From Lama glama (taxonomy: Eukaryota), in assembly GCA_028534125.1 (NCBI GenBank), contig CM052816.1, positions 52,950,001 through 53,014,000 on the forward strand: a stretch of 64,000 nt of DNA, read 5' to 3'. Position 1 is the stretch's first letter; each line of letters opens with the position of its first letter. Of the stretch, positions 38,539 through 51,478 are shown piece by piece. The notes below the pieces were generated by a model. The model was not told the DNA's origin. It made no database searches and saw only the letters and a program-made list of their open reading frames with translations. Position numbers and translations under genes: made by a program.

Positions 38539-40879
38539 AGTGGGTTGGAGTCTTGGAGATCCTCAGATTTAATTGTATACTAGGTTGATTGAGGCAGTTT
38601 AATCAAGATTCATGGCTTGAATTAGGGTAGAGTAGAACAGGGGCTGGATTCAAAAGCGGTCTAAGTAGCGGTGGCTACAGGAGTTGACAGTGAGCTCTGT
38701 GGACGTAGTGGGTAAGGAGACTCGCTTGGTCACCCATCGGGTGAGCTAGGGAACCAGGAGAAGAGAAGCAAGTTTGCAGTGAGGCGAGAGTGCAGAGTGA
38801 GTAAAAATGGATGTATTTATGGCCATCTACGTGGGAAAGTTTTATAGCCGGATATCCAGGCCTGCTATTCAGGAAAAGAGAACTGGGCTAAGGATAGAGT
38901 TTGGGGAATCGTTAGAAAAATAAGTATTGGTTGAAACCTTGAATGTGGATGAGCTCATGAAGGATATTTCTAGAAAACAGACAGGCCTCTCTGGGGGAGT
39001 AGTCATTTAAGGGGCAGCAGAGAAGCTAAGAGGACTGTCGGCCTCAAACAGTGAGAGAACAGTGTCAAAAAGCCAGGACGAGGGGTCTTCCAGAAATGAG
39101 TAGCCAGGATGCCATGCAGCAGAAGCATCAAATGAGGCAAAAAGTGCGTGTTAGATTGAGTGAGCAGTGGTCCTTTAACAGTGGTGCTGAGAAGTTTGAG
39201 CAGCCTGGGATGGAAGCCAGATGGCCACAGGGTGATGGTGCTAATGAAGGACGTGCAGGCTTCTCCTGGGGACTACGCTTCTCTGGAACAGTGTAGCTTC
39301 AGCAAGCTCTAGGGTTCAGGAGATTGTTTTGATTTTGTTTTCAAAATGGGACTAAGCATTCTTTTTAGGCACTGGGAAGGGAGTCTATAGCTAAGCAGCA
39401 TTTAAAAATTACAGTGCAGAGGGATAATTACCGAGGAGAAAGACGGGAGGGAATGCCATCCAGGGCACAGGAGGAGTGGTTAACCTTAGGTAGGAGGCAT
39501 GTCTTCCTCCTGGACTGGAGGGAGGGATGTGATTGGGTTAAGCTTGTAGGTTAAAGGGCACGAGACTGGGAGGGACTCGTTTCCTCAATTCATTCCCTGA
39601 TTCATTCAATAAACAAATCTTCATTCTAAGTGGCTGCTATGTGACAGGCACTATTCTAAGTGCATGAGATACATCCAAGAACAGAGCTCTGCCTTCTTGG
39701 GCAGGTATTCTAGAAAGTGGTAAAAGACAAGGCCACCTTCTGAGAGTGTAGAGAATGAAGGTCAGTCAGAGCCTTGGGCAGAGAGGTGAGGAGTGGGAGA
39801 GATGGCCCACCTTGAACAGTGAGGCACTTGGAGGGCCCACCTGAGGTTAAAGCCACCGGTATTGGTGCTCCTGTTGTGGAAACAGTCTAAATCCAGGTTG
39901 CTGCTGCACCTGAGGAGCAGAGAACTGTGTTTTAGAAGGGTTTTCTTGGCCTCCATTGTGGTAAAAATGAAGCAGGAAAGAGGTATGTCCAATTTGTGGA
40001 GTATTCTATTCAGAGTTGTTTTCATGGGCCACTTTCCCCCACCCCAGTGGCCAGTTTCCTTCTATAGAGAACGTTCTTATCTTAGGAAACCAACCTAGTA
40101 AGCATTAAGTTTGTCAGAATGCCACCACTTTCTTAACATGGAAGTCTTTTCTTTGGGAAACATCCCAGAACCTAGTCCTGTGGAAAATCTTGGAGCTCTT
40201 CTGAGTTCTGGGACTCCATTTAATATTTATCTTCTCATCCCTCACTTGTGCCTGTACACATTGCCACACACAACACACATGCACTCCTGGGGGAACCAGA
40301 GTGCAGGGGAATTCTTCAATGCATTTTTTCTTCTTCTCTTGTACCTGGGAAAGTCAGCGAAGTTAATTGTTGGGCTTAAGCACTTGAACATTGCTGATTC
40401 CTATTGAGAACTCAGCATATTGTTACTATTTTGGAAGCAGTTTTGCAACTGTAACTTATCCTTTCTTACTCTTGATAAATGTAAATATTTGTAGTCTTTT
40501 TTGAATGGGTGGGTTTTGTTTTCTTTCTAGTCATTCAAAGTACCTGTGCTTATTGACCTATTCTAATTTTACTATCATGACAGCCTGGATAGCATTTTAT
40601 TTTTTATGGGAACTTTCATGCTGAAGGAATATGTCTTAACTAGCAAATTGAGCAGCATTTTTCTTTTTTGCAATAAAATCAGTTAAGAGACAGAGGCTTC
40701 AAAATGAAATAAATTTTACTTTATCTTTTGTTCTATAAAATGTAATTTCATCATCAAACTCTAAATTGATGGGACTTGCACTTTTTTTTTTTTAAGGTTT
40801 TTGTTGTGGAGGTGGTGGTGGTGGTGGTTTTTAACCTTGAGAAATGACTTTAGGCTGCAGGAGCTATGGCTGTGGTAGA

Positions 40880-41120
40880 GAGTAGCATAGCACAGTACAG
40901 GCAGAGTGATTTAGAAATCAAGTGAGGTCTCGTGAGCCAGCCAGTGGCTGTATTAAATTACTGATCCTCTTAGCTCTGTGATCCTGGGCAGGTTACTGTA
41001 TATCTCAGTTTCCTCATCTGTAAAATGGGGATAAAATTATGAGAGTTAAAGGATAAAATACAGACAAGGTCATTAAAATATTGTGGCACATAGGAACTAC
41101 TTAATAAATCACAGCTGTTA
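40880..41120 (+). mobile_element. MIR SINE
   Basis: tctgtgatcctgggcagg...ctcagtttcctcatctgtaaaatggggataa. Confidence 0.8.
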
Positions 41121-42335
41121 TTACTATAGTTTTTATACAGATAAAATTTCTGATACTAATTTAAATTTTATCTTCTTAACTTCTAAATAAAGAACGTGAA
41201 AAAAAAGTTTTAAGCTTTGGTACCACTGAAAGTCAAAAATAAGTTTGTTGACATTATCCCCTCGAATAAAATACCCATTAAAATCCCCCTTCCTCCTACA
41301 TTTTATGTCCAAAGAATTTAATCTGCTTAATGCTCTAATTCATTGATTATCTTGAAATATCCTGATTTGGGAGGCCTTGATGGAATCATGAAAATACTAA
41401 TTCTGAATAAGGAAGTTGAGGTTTAAATATCATATATGATAGGGACAATCACCTATTCTACTGTAATTAATTTTATAAGCTACATATAAATAAATAATAC
41501 TGTTTTTATGAAAAGTCTTTATAGTTAAGCTGTCTTACTGGTCATTTTATTAAGTCTACAGAAGAATATTTAAATATCTGATTTGGTCTTTTATATTAAA
41601 CATGCTCATTAAAGTCAAATTACTCAGATTGGAGTTTAATATATGGAAAGTTAAGTAAAATAAATACATACGTACATACATACATACAAACAAACATGCC
41701 TATACTTATTACCTGAAAATGATTCCAAATTCTTAAGGTAGTATTAGTTTGGACCATAAGTGTCACGAGGGTGGGGGCTCCCTTATTTGTTAATTCATTT
41801 AACAAATGTTTACTGAGCATCCACTGTGCGCTCAGGACTCTTTAAAGTGCTGGAAATACTGCAGTGAACATAAATGACAAAAATTCCTGTCCTCATGAGA
41901 CAGGTAATGTAAATAGTATCTGCACTGCTTGGCACATGAAGAGTTTTCAAGAATATTTTCCTCCATACCCTTTAGCTGCCCCAGGGCCTGAGTGCAGAGA
42001 TGTACTCTAGCTGGTTACTGTTTTAGGGGCTATATGGCAGTAATGCTAGGGGGCTTCATGTGTCCCTTCTATGGGTCTGAGTACGGAGGTCATGGGAGTC
42101 CCTGGAGGATTTTAAGCAGCAGAGTGAAATTTCAGTTCACCTAAAAGTGTTGCATCCGTGCAGTAGAAATACTGTTTTGACTCCAGAGGGCCTGTTCTTC
42201 CTCTTTTTAGTAATTTTGAATCTAACTTGAATGTAAGTTAAAAGTTAAAAAGTAGTATATTAAACCTGCTTTTTCCAAGTAGATTTTTCATATAGAAGGA
42301 GGAAAGAACCTTAGAGATAATTATTCTGTCTGGTT

Positions 42336-43786
42336 ATTTATTTATTTATTTTTAGATTTTTTTATTGAGTAATAGTCATTGTACAATGTTGTGTCAAATT
42401 CTAGTGTAGAGCACAATTTTTCAATTATACATGAANNNNNNNNNNNNNNNNNNNNNNNNNNNNNNNNNNNNNNNNNNNNNNNNNNNNNNNNNNNNNNNNN
42501 NNNNNNNNNNNNNNNNNNNNNNNNNNNNNNNNNNNGTCATTTTGAAGTCGGGTTCCTTCTGGATATATGCCCAGGAGTGGGATTCCTGGGTCATATCATA
42601 AGTCTATTCCTAGTCTTTTGAGGAATCTCCATAACTGTTTTCCACAGTGGCTTTCCTTGCTTCCCTCTCCCACTCTTAATGATTTAGATGTCTTCTTTTA
42701 CAATTTTGTGTTTATTTGTAATTCATGGCAGTTATCTCCTTTCCAGTTATGAGTTTCTCATTTTTATAGCATCCTGCTTCTTTTCTATTTAGAGTAGACC
42801 TGTCAATATTTCTTTTAGCATGGGTTTAGTGTTGCTAAACTCCTTCAGTTTTTGCTTGTCTCGCCTTCTATTCTAAAGGATAGCCTTGCTGGACAGAGTA
42901 TCCTAGGCAGCATCTTTTTTTCATTCAGGACTTTGAATATATCTTGCTACTCCATTCTGACCTGTAGTGTTTGTGTAGAGAAATCAGCTGAGAGCCTTAT
43001 GGGGGTTCCCTTGTAACTCACTCTTTGTTTTTCTCTTGCTGCCTTTAGGATCATTTCTTTATCCTTAACTCTGGCCATCTTGATTATGATATGTCTTGCT
43101 GGGTCTGTTTGGGTTCTTCCTGTTTGGGACCCTCTGAGCCTCCTGTACTTGGATATCTGATTCCTTTAGGTTTGGGAAGATTTCAGTCATGATTTCTTCA
43201 AATACCTTTTCAGTCCCCTTTGTTCTTTCTTCCCCTTCTGGAACCCCAATTATGTGTAGATTGGCATGCTTTATATTATCCCATAGGTCCCTTACATTAT
43301 TTTCATTGTTTTTTATTTGTTCTTCTCTCAGCTGTTCTGATTGGGTGCTTTCTGTTGTCCTGTCTTCTAGGTCACTTATTCGTTCCTCTGCATTATCTAG
43401 CCTGCTTTGCACAGCCTTTAGATCAGCTCTCATCTCAGCAAATGAGTTTACTAATTCTACCTGGTTCTTCTTTATAGCTTCAATTTCATTTTTGACATAT
43501 TTTATATCGCCAAACACTATTTCTTTTAGTTCCTTCAGTACTTTGATCACTCCTGTTTTGAAATCTTGATCTAGTAGGCCATCAGATTGTGCTTTCAGGG
43601 GATTTCTCTTAATCTTTGAATTGGGAGTTATTCCTCTGCTTCTTCATATTGCTCATATCTCTCTGGCACTGTGACTTAAGGAGTATCAGTTATCTAGTTC
43701 TCCTGGAGACGGTGTGCTCTTAATGATTTTATCGAGAGGGCTTTGTGTCTTCACCCTGTTTCGTGAAGTCAGCTTGCTGTTTCCAG
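42336..43786 (-). mobile_element. Young L1 with partial 5' UTR, disrupted ORF1, large internal ORF2 deletion and 3' end; TSD-bounded; contains N gap
   Basis: ORF 43065-43550 is L1 ORF1p (SRLDNAEERISDLED...LWDNIKHANLHIIGVPEGEE); end-of-ORF2 sequence at 42536-42652; 3' end and tail 42336-42435; TSD TCTGTCTGGTT at 42325-42335 and 43787-43797. Confidence 0.9.
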
Positions 43787-44369
43787 TCTGTCTGGTTTTT
43801 AAAAAAATTAATGTTTTGTTCCCTTTGGTTTTCAGACGCAGAAATCACCTTGTAAGTCAGTGCCTGTGTTATTTTTAAGTGAGACCGCTGAAGGCTTTGC
43901 CCAAAGTCCCAGTGCTTGCTGGTGGTACAGCCTAGCCTTCTATGGTTTAGCCTTGCATTTGTTCCTCTAGAAAGAAATATCCATCACTTAGTACACCATC
44001 CATTAGTGCAAGCCAGCCTAAAAATCAGCTGTGTAACAAGTTTATATGTTCATCATATTTTTAAATTTTTAGATTGATCCCTTTTCTGAATTGTTTTAGC
44101 TCTTTATATTGCTTCGCCTATGGCATTTATTACTTTCCACTCTTCATAATTATCTTCTATTTAATTTTTTTTTTCTAGATGAAACCTCTTTGAGAATAGG
44201 ATGTGTATGGTTCCTCTTTGTGTATTCCCCACAACTCTTAACGGGATGCCTGGCATTTCCTGGGTATCCCTGGGTACTCAGATGATTAAACACATACTCA
44301 CAGAGGTTACATTTTGGGTTTAATAACCATGAAAACCCACAAGAATCTAGTCTACAACAATTTAAGAGG

Positions 44370-44570
44370 CTCTTTGGCTTAGTCTCAAATTTAGGTTGAA
44401 TTCTGGCTCCATCCGGAAGTTGGTTGTGTGATTTGGAATAGGTCACTTATGTCCTTTTCCTCATTTGTAAAATGGAAATAGTATGTGCCCCCTCCAGGTT
44501 TAAGATTTTGGTGAAGTGTATACGAGAGATCTAATGCCTGATGTACTAATAGCCACTTAATAAATGGTAC
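44370..44570 (+). mobile_element. MIR SINE
   Basis: ggttgaattctggctcc...tttcctcatttgtaaaatggaaata. Confidence 0.7.
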
Positions 44571-45199
44571 ATTTGAAATTTATTTTCTATTTGTTTTAAA
44601 TGTGCATATTTTAGTAACAGCTCTATTACTATATGAAGGATGTGTCATAGCACAGAGAAGGTTCTGTGGTGAAAAGCTGACAGTATTTTGATGTGGTTAT
44701 CAGCTTGTAAAGTCTGGGCTTTTTGACTTCTAGTTATTTATTTAGGACGTTTGATTTTGGGCTCAATGGACTGATTTACCCTGTGAATACTTTAATAGAG
44801 ACTGATATAAAACTGGAATGGCAATTTATTAGTAAGTCATTAGAAATACATCCTCTTCCATAGAAAAAATGCCACATGGAATCCAAACTGCAGTCAGAAG
44901 TTTGCTTGATGAGTAAGGGTTGTGGATTGGATGTTTAGTGCTACAGTAGTCTCATTCATCAGTCTGTACCTGCCACTGGGATATGTCAGGACCCTCTCTC
45001 CCCCAGAGAGTGCTGGGGGCGCTGCCTAATCACCTGTCATAAATCGCCTGTTTTGTCATGTTTATCTGCTTTTATGTTGCATGTTCTTGAAGGGGAAAGA
45101 AAGCACTTGTAGATTTTGTATTTGATCATTCCTCCCTGAGTTTACAGCCTCTCCTTGGTTGCATTTGGGGAGCTTAGATAGACTCCCACATTTTTAAAA

Positions 45200-45940
45200 T
45201 TTAAACTTTGTATTAAGAAAAGTTTTAAGCATTTAGAAATCCAAAGAAAATTGTACATTAACCCCTATGCATCCATCACCTGGCTTCAACAGTTACTAAC
45301 ATATGGTACATATTGTTTCATCTATACTGCTTGTCCCTCTCCACATTATTTTAAAGCAAATTCTAGACATGATATAATTTTACCTGTAAATACTAAGTAT
45401 GTGTCACTAAGAAATAGGACTATTTTTAAAAAAAATATATACCATTATCATTCCAAAAATAAAGCCAATAATAATTTCTTAACATCTAATCAGTGATCAG
45501 AGCTCCCCAGTTGCCTCATCAGTGTCTTTTTTAATCATTACATTGTTGAGATCAGCTTCCATACATGGTTCACACATTGTGTTTGGTTGATTTGATTTCT
45601 TGAGTCTCTTGTAATCAATAACAGCACCCCCCTTCCCTGCTGTTTATTTATCAAATTCGTCATGTAGAATTTTCCACATTCTGGATTTGGCAGGCTCTGT
45701 CCTCATGGTGTTGTTTAGCCTGTTCCTCTGTCCTGTCTCTGGTAAACTTGTAGTTAGATCTAGCCTCGATTGGATTCAGGTTTGAATTTCTTCCCCCCAA
45801 GAACACATGATAGGCGGTTGTGATGTACTTCCTGTCTGTTGCATTATACCAGAAAGCACATAGCAGTGTCTTGGCACTTCTCTTTTTGTGTGTTAAAGTT
45901 GATCATGGGGCTCAGTGTTATCAGCCTGATCCATATGTTA
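45200..45940 (-). mobile_element. Old L1 (L1MC/L1ME-like) 3' region
   Basis: catccatcacctggcttcaacagtta...attattttaaagcaaattctagacat...ccacattctggattt. Confidence 0.65.
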
Positions 45941-46549
45941 TATTTTTTCAGTGAAACCATTATATTTTAGTTATTCCTAATTTTATTCTCAAGGAGTACC
46001 TTGCTGTCAAACATTATTGCCTTCTAATTTATTCTTCATATGCAGCCAGAATGATCTTTTAAATATTAATTAGATCACATGCTTCTCTCCTTAAAACTGT
46101 TCAGTAATGTCCTGTTACAAACTAATACCTAAACTTCCAACCATGGTCTATAAAGATCTGCATAACCTGAGCTTGATCTGCCTTTCTACACCTTGTTTTG
46201 TGCTATTCTGTTCTTTGAGAGGAAGTATGGCTTGATTCATAGCATAGGCTTTTGTATTAGACTGCCTGAGTTTGTGATCTTGGGCAAATCAATTAACTGT
46301 TCTGTGCCTTGGTTTCCCCATATTTAAAATCAGTGTTTTAGGAGTATCTACTAACAGGATTTTAATGATTAAATGATACATATAAATCACTTAGAACAAT
46401 GCCATATAACATAGTAAGTACTGAATGTTAGCTGTTGGTTGTTACTGGTGTTGGTGTTGTCATTTTTTAATCTCTGTGTTCCAGCCATACCGTATTTTTC
46501 AGTTTCTGAAACTGCCAAGCTCTTGCCAGCCTCAAATCTTGGCACATTG

Positions 46550-47075
46550 TTTTGATTATCTCTTGCTACATAATGAACCACTCAATTTAGTGACCTAAAA
46601 CAACAGTATCATTTATGTAGCTCACGACTTTGTAACTTGGGCAGGGATGACTCATCTCTGCTCTTTGTGGCACTGGCTAGGGTGGCTTAACTGGGGGCTG
46701 CAGGATCTACTTTTAAGTGAGTCATTCATATGGTTGGCAAGACAGTGTTGGCTCTTGGCTGAGAACTCAGCTCAGCCTGGGGCTTTGGTTCTTCTCTGTA
46801 GGCTGTTTTGCTTTCCTTACTGCATGGTGGCCAGGTTCTAAGAATGAGTGCCTTAAGAGAACAAGGCTGAAAGCTGGATGGCCTATTACAAACTGGTCTC
46901 AGAAGTCACACAGTGTCACTTTTGCCTCATTATTTTGGTCCAGGCAATCACAAAGGTCCATTCAAATTTAAGGGAAATTGACGTAAACTCCACCTCCTGG
47001 TAGGGGGATGGCAAGGTTCTAGAAGAGGAACAGGAGATGTTGCAGCTGTCTTTGGAGAATGCATTTTGCCACACA
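46550..47075 (-). mobile_element. MLT1 (MaLR) solo LTR
   Basis: tatctcttgctacataatgaaccactc...tcagaagtcacacagtgtcactttt...ccattcaaatttaaggg. Confidence 0.75.
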
Positions 47076-48029
47076 CATACTGCTATGAAACACTATTATC
47101 TCCCTGATTCTCACTCCTTAGCTAACTATCCAATCTAAATCTCCTCTGTCCCCATTATGCACTCTCTTTCTCATAGCTCTTTATTTTATTTGGCAGCACT
47201 GATCAGTTTGTAATCATCTCTTTAAGTCCATGAAGGCTGGTGCCTGTTACACACCCAGTACCTTGCATAGAATTTGTTGAAATGTTAAAATGTGTTGTTT
47301 TAACTTAAATATATACACACCATGCATCACATGTTCATTAAACAGGGAAAGCATATTCCAAACATTGTGGGAAGAAAGGAACAGAAATACAGAAACACCA
47401 GCAATCAGTCCTTTAACTCCTCAGAATTCGTATCCTACTGTTGGCTTAGGGTAGGGATGGGGTAGAGAAAAGAAACACGCATATATATCAATTTTGTGAG
47501 GGAGACAAGATAGGAGGCGTAAGCAGTTTGAATAGCTGAATTCCTACTGTTCTTCCTGTACTTTTAAACCTAAATCCACAAGTCCATTTTCTGTTCCCGT
47601 ATTCCTCTGGTATCCAGTTCGTGTAAAAAAATTTCTAGCTGACCTAACAAAGAAATACTTAGTAATCTCAAAGAGCAGCCAAGTAGACGTACTTCACTGG
47701 AGCAAAGCTAACCAGACCCTCACTCAGAAACTGTTCTTTACTTTTGGCACAGAACTACCAAGATTGGTTACCAGATTTCTCAGCCCCAGGAGCCTGGGTA
47801 GGGGGAGAGAATAGACTTTCAGAAATGAGTTACAGATAACAGCAAGAAAAACAGCAGTTTATACCTTAGATGTTGTAGCCATGTGGGGGTAGAAGTTTCC
47901 ACAAATTTTAAAGGTTTTTATTAGTAAATAAATATAGCATGCCAGTTGCTGGCTGTTGTAGACATAAGAGTGAACAAGCTCCTCATGGAGCTTGCAGTCT
48001 GGGGGCGGGAGTTGACTTTATGATCACTT

Positions 48030-49700
48030 TTACTTTTAACCTACATGTGTCTTTATTATTTTAAATGATTTTAAAATGATTTTCTTAAAATGTATAGTTG
48101 GGTATTGTTTTATATCCAAGTGTGACAATCTCTGCCTTTTATCTGAGGTGTTTAGACCATATAAATTTAATAGGATTATTGGTATGATTGAGTTTAAGTC
48201 TATCATCTTGTTTTCAGTTTGTCCCATCTGTTCTTTGTTCCCCTCCGTCTCTCTGTTTTGCCTTATTTTGGCAAACTTATTTGAGTATATTTCATGACTC
48301 CTTTTATTTACTATGTTGACTTACTATACTCTAAAAATGTCTAGTTGTTGTAGTTTAATGGTTCTTTAGTGTTTATAGTATGTATCTTTAACTCACCACA
48401 GTCTACCTTCAGGTGACATTATATCACTTCACATATAGTAAGAACCTTAATATAGTGTTTGTGCTATTGTTAGCCATTTAAATTCTACTAATAATATAAG
48501 CCCCACGGTACATTGTTGTTATTTTTAAGAGATTTTTAAAATAAGGAAAAAATGTTATACTTACTCACATACATACCATTTTTGGTGCTCTTCATTCCTT
48601 TGAGTAGATCTGGATATCCACATGGTATAATTTTTTCCTACCTAAAATTTCCCCTTTAACATTGTTTCACAGTACAGGTCCACTGATAATGAATTGTTTC
48701 AGCTTTTGTGAGTCTTTAGAAAATAATTTCACTCTCATTTTTTAAAGTTTTTTTTTTTTAGTTAAAATTCATGTTACATGTAACCACTAACCATTTTAAA
48801 GTGTATAGCATTTAGCATATTTACAATGTTATGTAAACATCGCCTCTGTCTAGTTCTAAAACATTTTCATCACCCTAAATTCACTTTCATTTTGAAATAT
48901 ATTTTTACTATATTTTGATGAGTTTTTTCTTTCTATGCTTTTAAGATGTTTCACTGTCTTCTGACTTGTGTTGTTTCCAGTGAGAAGTTTGCTGTCATTC
49001 TCTTTGTTCCTCTGTATGCAATGTGCCCTACAGCCCTGAGATTGTGTTTAAGATTTTCTCTTTATCATTGATTTTAAGTAATTTAATCATGATGTTCCTG
49101 GGTGTAGTATTTTTCATGTTTCTCTGTGCTTCAGATTTGTCAGGCTTCTTGGGTTTGTGGCTTTAGGATATTATCCAATTTATAAATTCTCCAACCATCA
49201 TTTCTTCAGATTTTTTTCCGCATTCTTCCTATCTTTGAGGACTTCAGTTGCATGTATGCTGGATTACTTTAAGTTGTTCCGTAACAGTTATATTCATGCT
49301 CTGTTTTTTTCCAGTGTTTTTTCTCTGCACTTCGTTTTGAGTAGTTTCTATTTCTGTATCTTCAAAGTAGCTAGTTTTCTTTTCTTCCACAATGTTTACT
49401 TTGCTGTTAATTTCATCTAGTTTATTTTACATCCCCAGAAAATTGATTTGGGGCTTTTATATATCTTCCAGTCTCTCCTTAACATACCCAGGCTTTCCTC
49501 TGCCTTCTTGAACATGCAGACAGTCATTATAATAACTATCGTAATGTCCTTGTCTACTAGTCCTATCATCTGTGTCATTTCTGGGTCTGTTTCTGTTGAT
49601 TGGTTTTTCTGCTCATTATGGATTTTACTTCTGAATGTTAGATACTTAGAATTTTAGTTTATTCAGTGCTAAATATTTTTGTATTCTTTTGAATATTCTT
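48030..49700 (-). mobile_element. Old L1M ORF1/ORF2-start remnant with a nested L1 3' end (~48745-48878)
   Basis: Minus ORF 48036-48227 resembles L1 endonuclease N-terminus (IILLNLYGLNTSDKRQRLSHLDIKQYPTI); ORF1-like T-rich sequence continues to ~49.7 kb. Confidence 0.75.
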
Positions 49701-50606
49701 GTAGAAGGGCCTAATGAAAGAATTAGGATATTTCATAATATTTATAAGGAGATAATAACTTGTATAGTTACAATGCTCCTCTCAGAGGGAATGAGGAAAT
49801 AAGAATGTGTTTTAGCATGACAGTAATAAAGATTTATAACTTAGGAGATTTTGATTTGGTCACTGAGTAATTGAAAAATAAAGCAAAAGAATTTAAGTCT
49901 AGTTTTCATTGCCAGACACCATTTTCTTCTTTGGTAGTAGTGAAAAGTCATGGGCTTGGAGTTAGCCTTGGATTTGAATTCTAGAAATACTAGTACTAGC
50001 TGTGACCTTTGGCCAGTTATTTAAACTATTTCCTCCTCCGAGTCTTTCTTTGTTGTTTTTGTTTTTTAAATCTAACTTCTTTTATCTTCTAGAGTTGTTT
50101 TGAGATGGAAATGAGAATATATATAAGGTATTCACATGTAATAGGAATTCAACAAAATGTTACTTTCTTGCCCCACCTTTTCTCCTACCTTTTAGCTGTT
50201 TCATTTTGCAACAGTGCTACTTTTGGATCACATGTTGGTTTGATGTTTAGTGAAATGGGGAGGAAAATAGTCACTACTCAGCTACTCTTATTACTCTTGA
50301 ACAATTGCTGTAACTCTTCCAATAGCAATAATTTGTTATTCTTGTGCTTTAATTTTTATCGCATTACATGGTAGTTGAAGATACCCAATTGGCAAATAAA
50401 TTGCCAAAAATTGCTTCACCAAATTCAAAGTTGCTTCTATCAAGATTCTGTGATTTTTTTCAGTAATTCTATCCCTATCAAGTAAACATATTATTTGAAA
50501 TATGTGATTAGAAACTTATTTCTAACAGAGTTTAGAATAAATTAATTCTATAAATGGTGGAAGGTTCATAGATTTTAGCCAGATGAAGAGCTGTGTCATC
50601 TGTTAG

Positions 50607-51113
50607 TGTATTTGTTTCCTATGTCTGCCATAACAAATTACCACAACATTAGCACTTAAGACAGCACTTAAGTCTTAAAGTTCTAGATGCCAGAAGTCCA
50701 AAATCAGTTTCACAGAGGTGAAACCAGGGTATCAGCAGGGCCACAGTCCCTCAGGAGGCTCTGGGGAGAATGGTTCCCTGGCCTTTTCCAGCTTCTAGAG
50801 CTACATTCCTTGTGTTCATGGTTCACGGTCTCTTTCTGTTTCAAAGCCAGCAGTGTAGCTTCTTCCAGTCGCTGTCACTCTTCTCCCTTCATACATAACC
50901 TTCTTCTTCACTTAAATCTCCCTCTGCCACCTTGCTTTAAGGACATTTGTGATCACAGTTAGGATCCAGTAGGATAATCTAGAAGAATCTCTCCATCTCA
51001 GGAGTCTTAGCCTAATCACAGCTACAAAGTCCCTTTTGCCAACAAGGTAACATTCACAGGTTCTAGGTATTAGGACCTGGATCTCTTTGGGGGCCATTAT
51101 TCAACATTCCATA
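50607..51113 (-). mobile_element. MLT1C-like (MaLR) solo LTR
   Basis: tttcctatgtctgccataacaaattaccaca...ccagaagtccaaaatcag...aaggtaacattcacaggttctagg...gggggccattattc. Confidence 0.85.
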
Positions 51114-51428
51114 ATCACTTAAAGGAGATATCAACAAATGCTATTTTTCAAATGTTATGTTTTTTATGCAGTCCCACATTAAAAAATCTATCAGTTTACT
51201 GAAGTCTTCTGTTGAACTCCCATTTTCCATGGACTGTTTATAATTTCACCTAGTGAAGTATGTTTTTTCTCCTAACTGTCATGTCACAAATACTTAGTTG
51301 TGATGATTGACAAGAAAAAGATTGTTTTAAAAGTCACATCATTTTCAAAGAATTAGTAAGTACTTTCTAAAGTAGTTCACACAACCCATTTTATAAAACT
51401 TGTTTTTATGGAATCTAGCCTTTCTGCC

Positions 51429-51460
<32 letters not shown>

Positions 51461-51478
51461 CATGTACGTGTGTATGTA
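51429..51478 (+). repeat. (TG)n degenerate microsatellite
   Basis: tgtgtgtgtgtgtgtgtgtatgtgtatgtg... Confidence 0.9.

Noticed and set aside
43065..43550. 161-aa coiled-coil ORF as a host gene
   Set aside because: It is frameshifted L1 ORF1p
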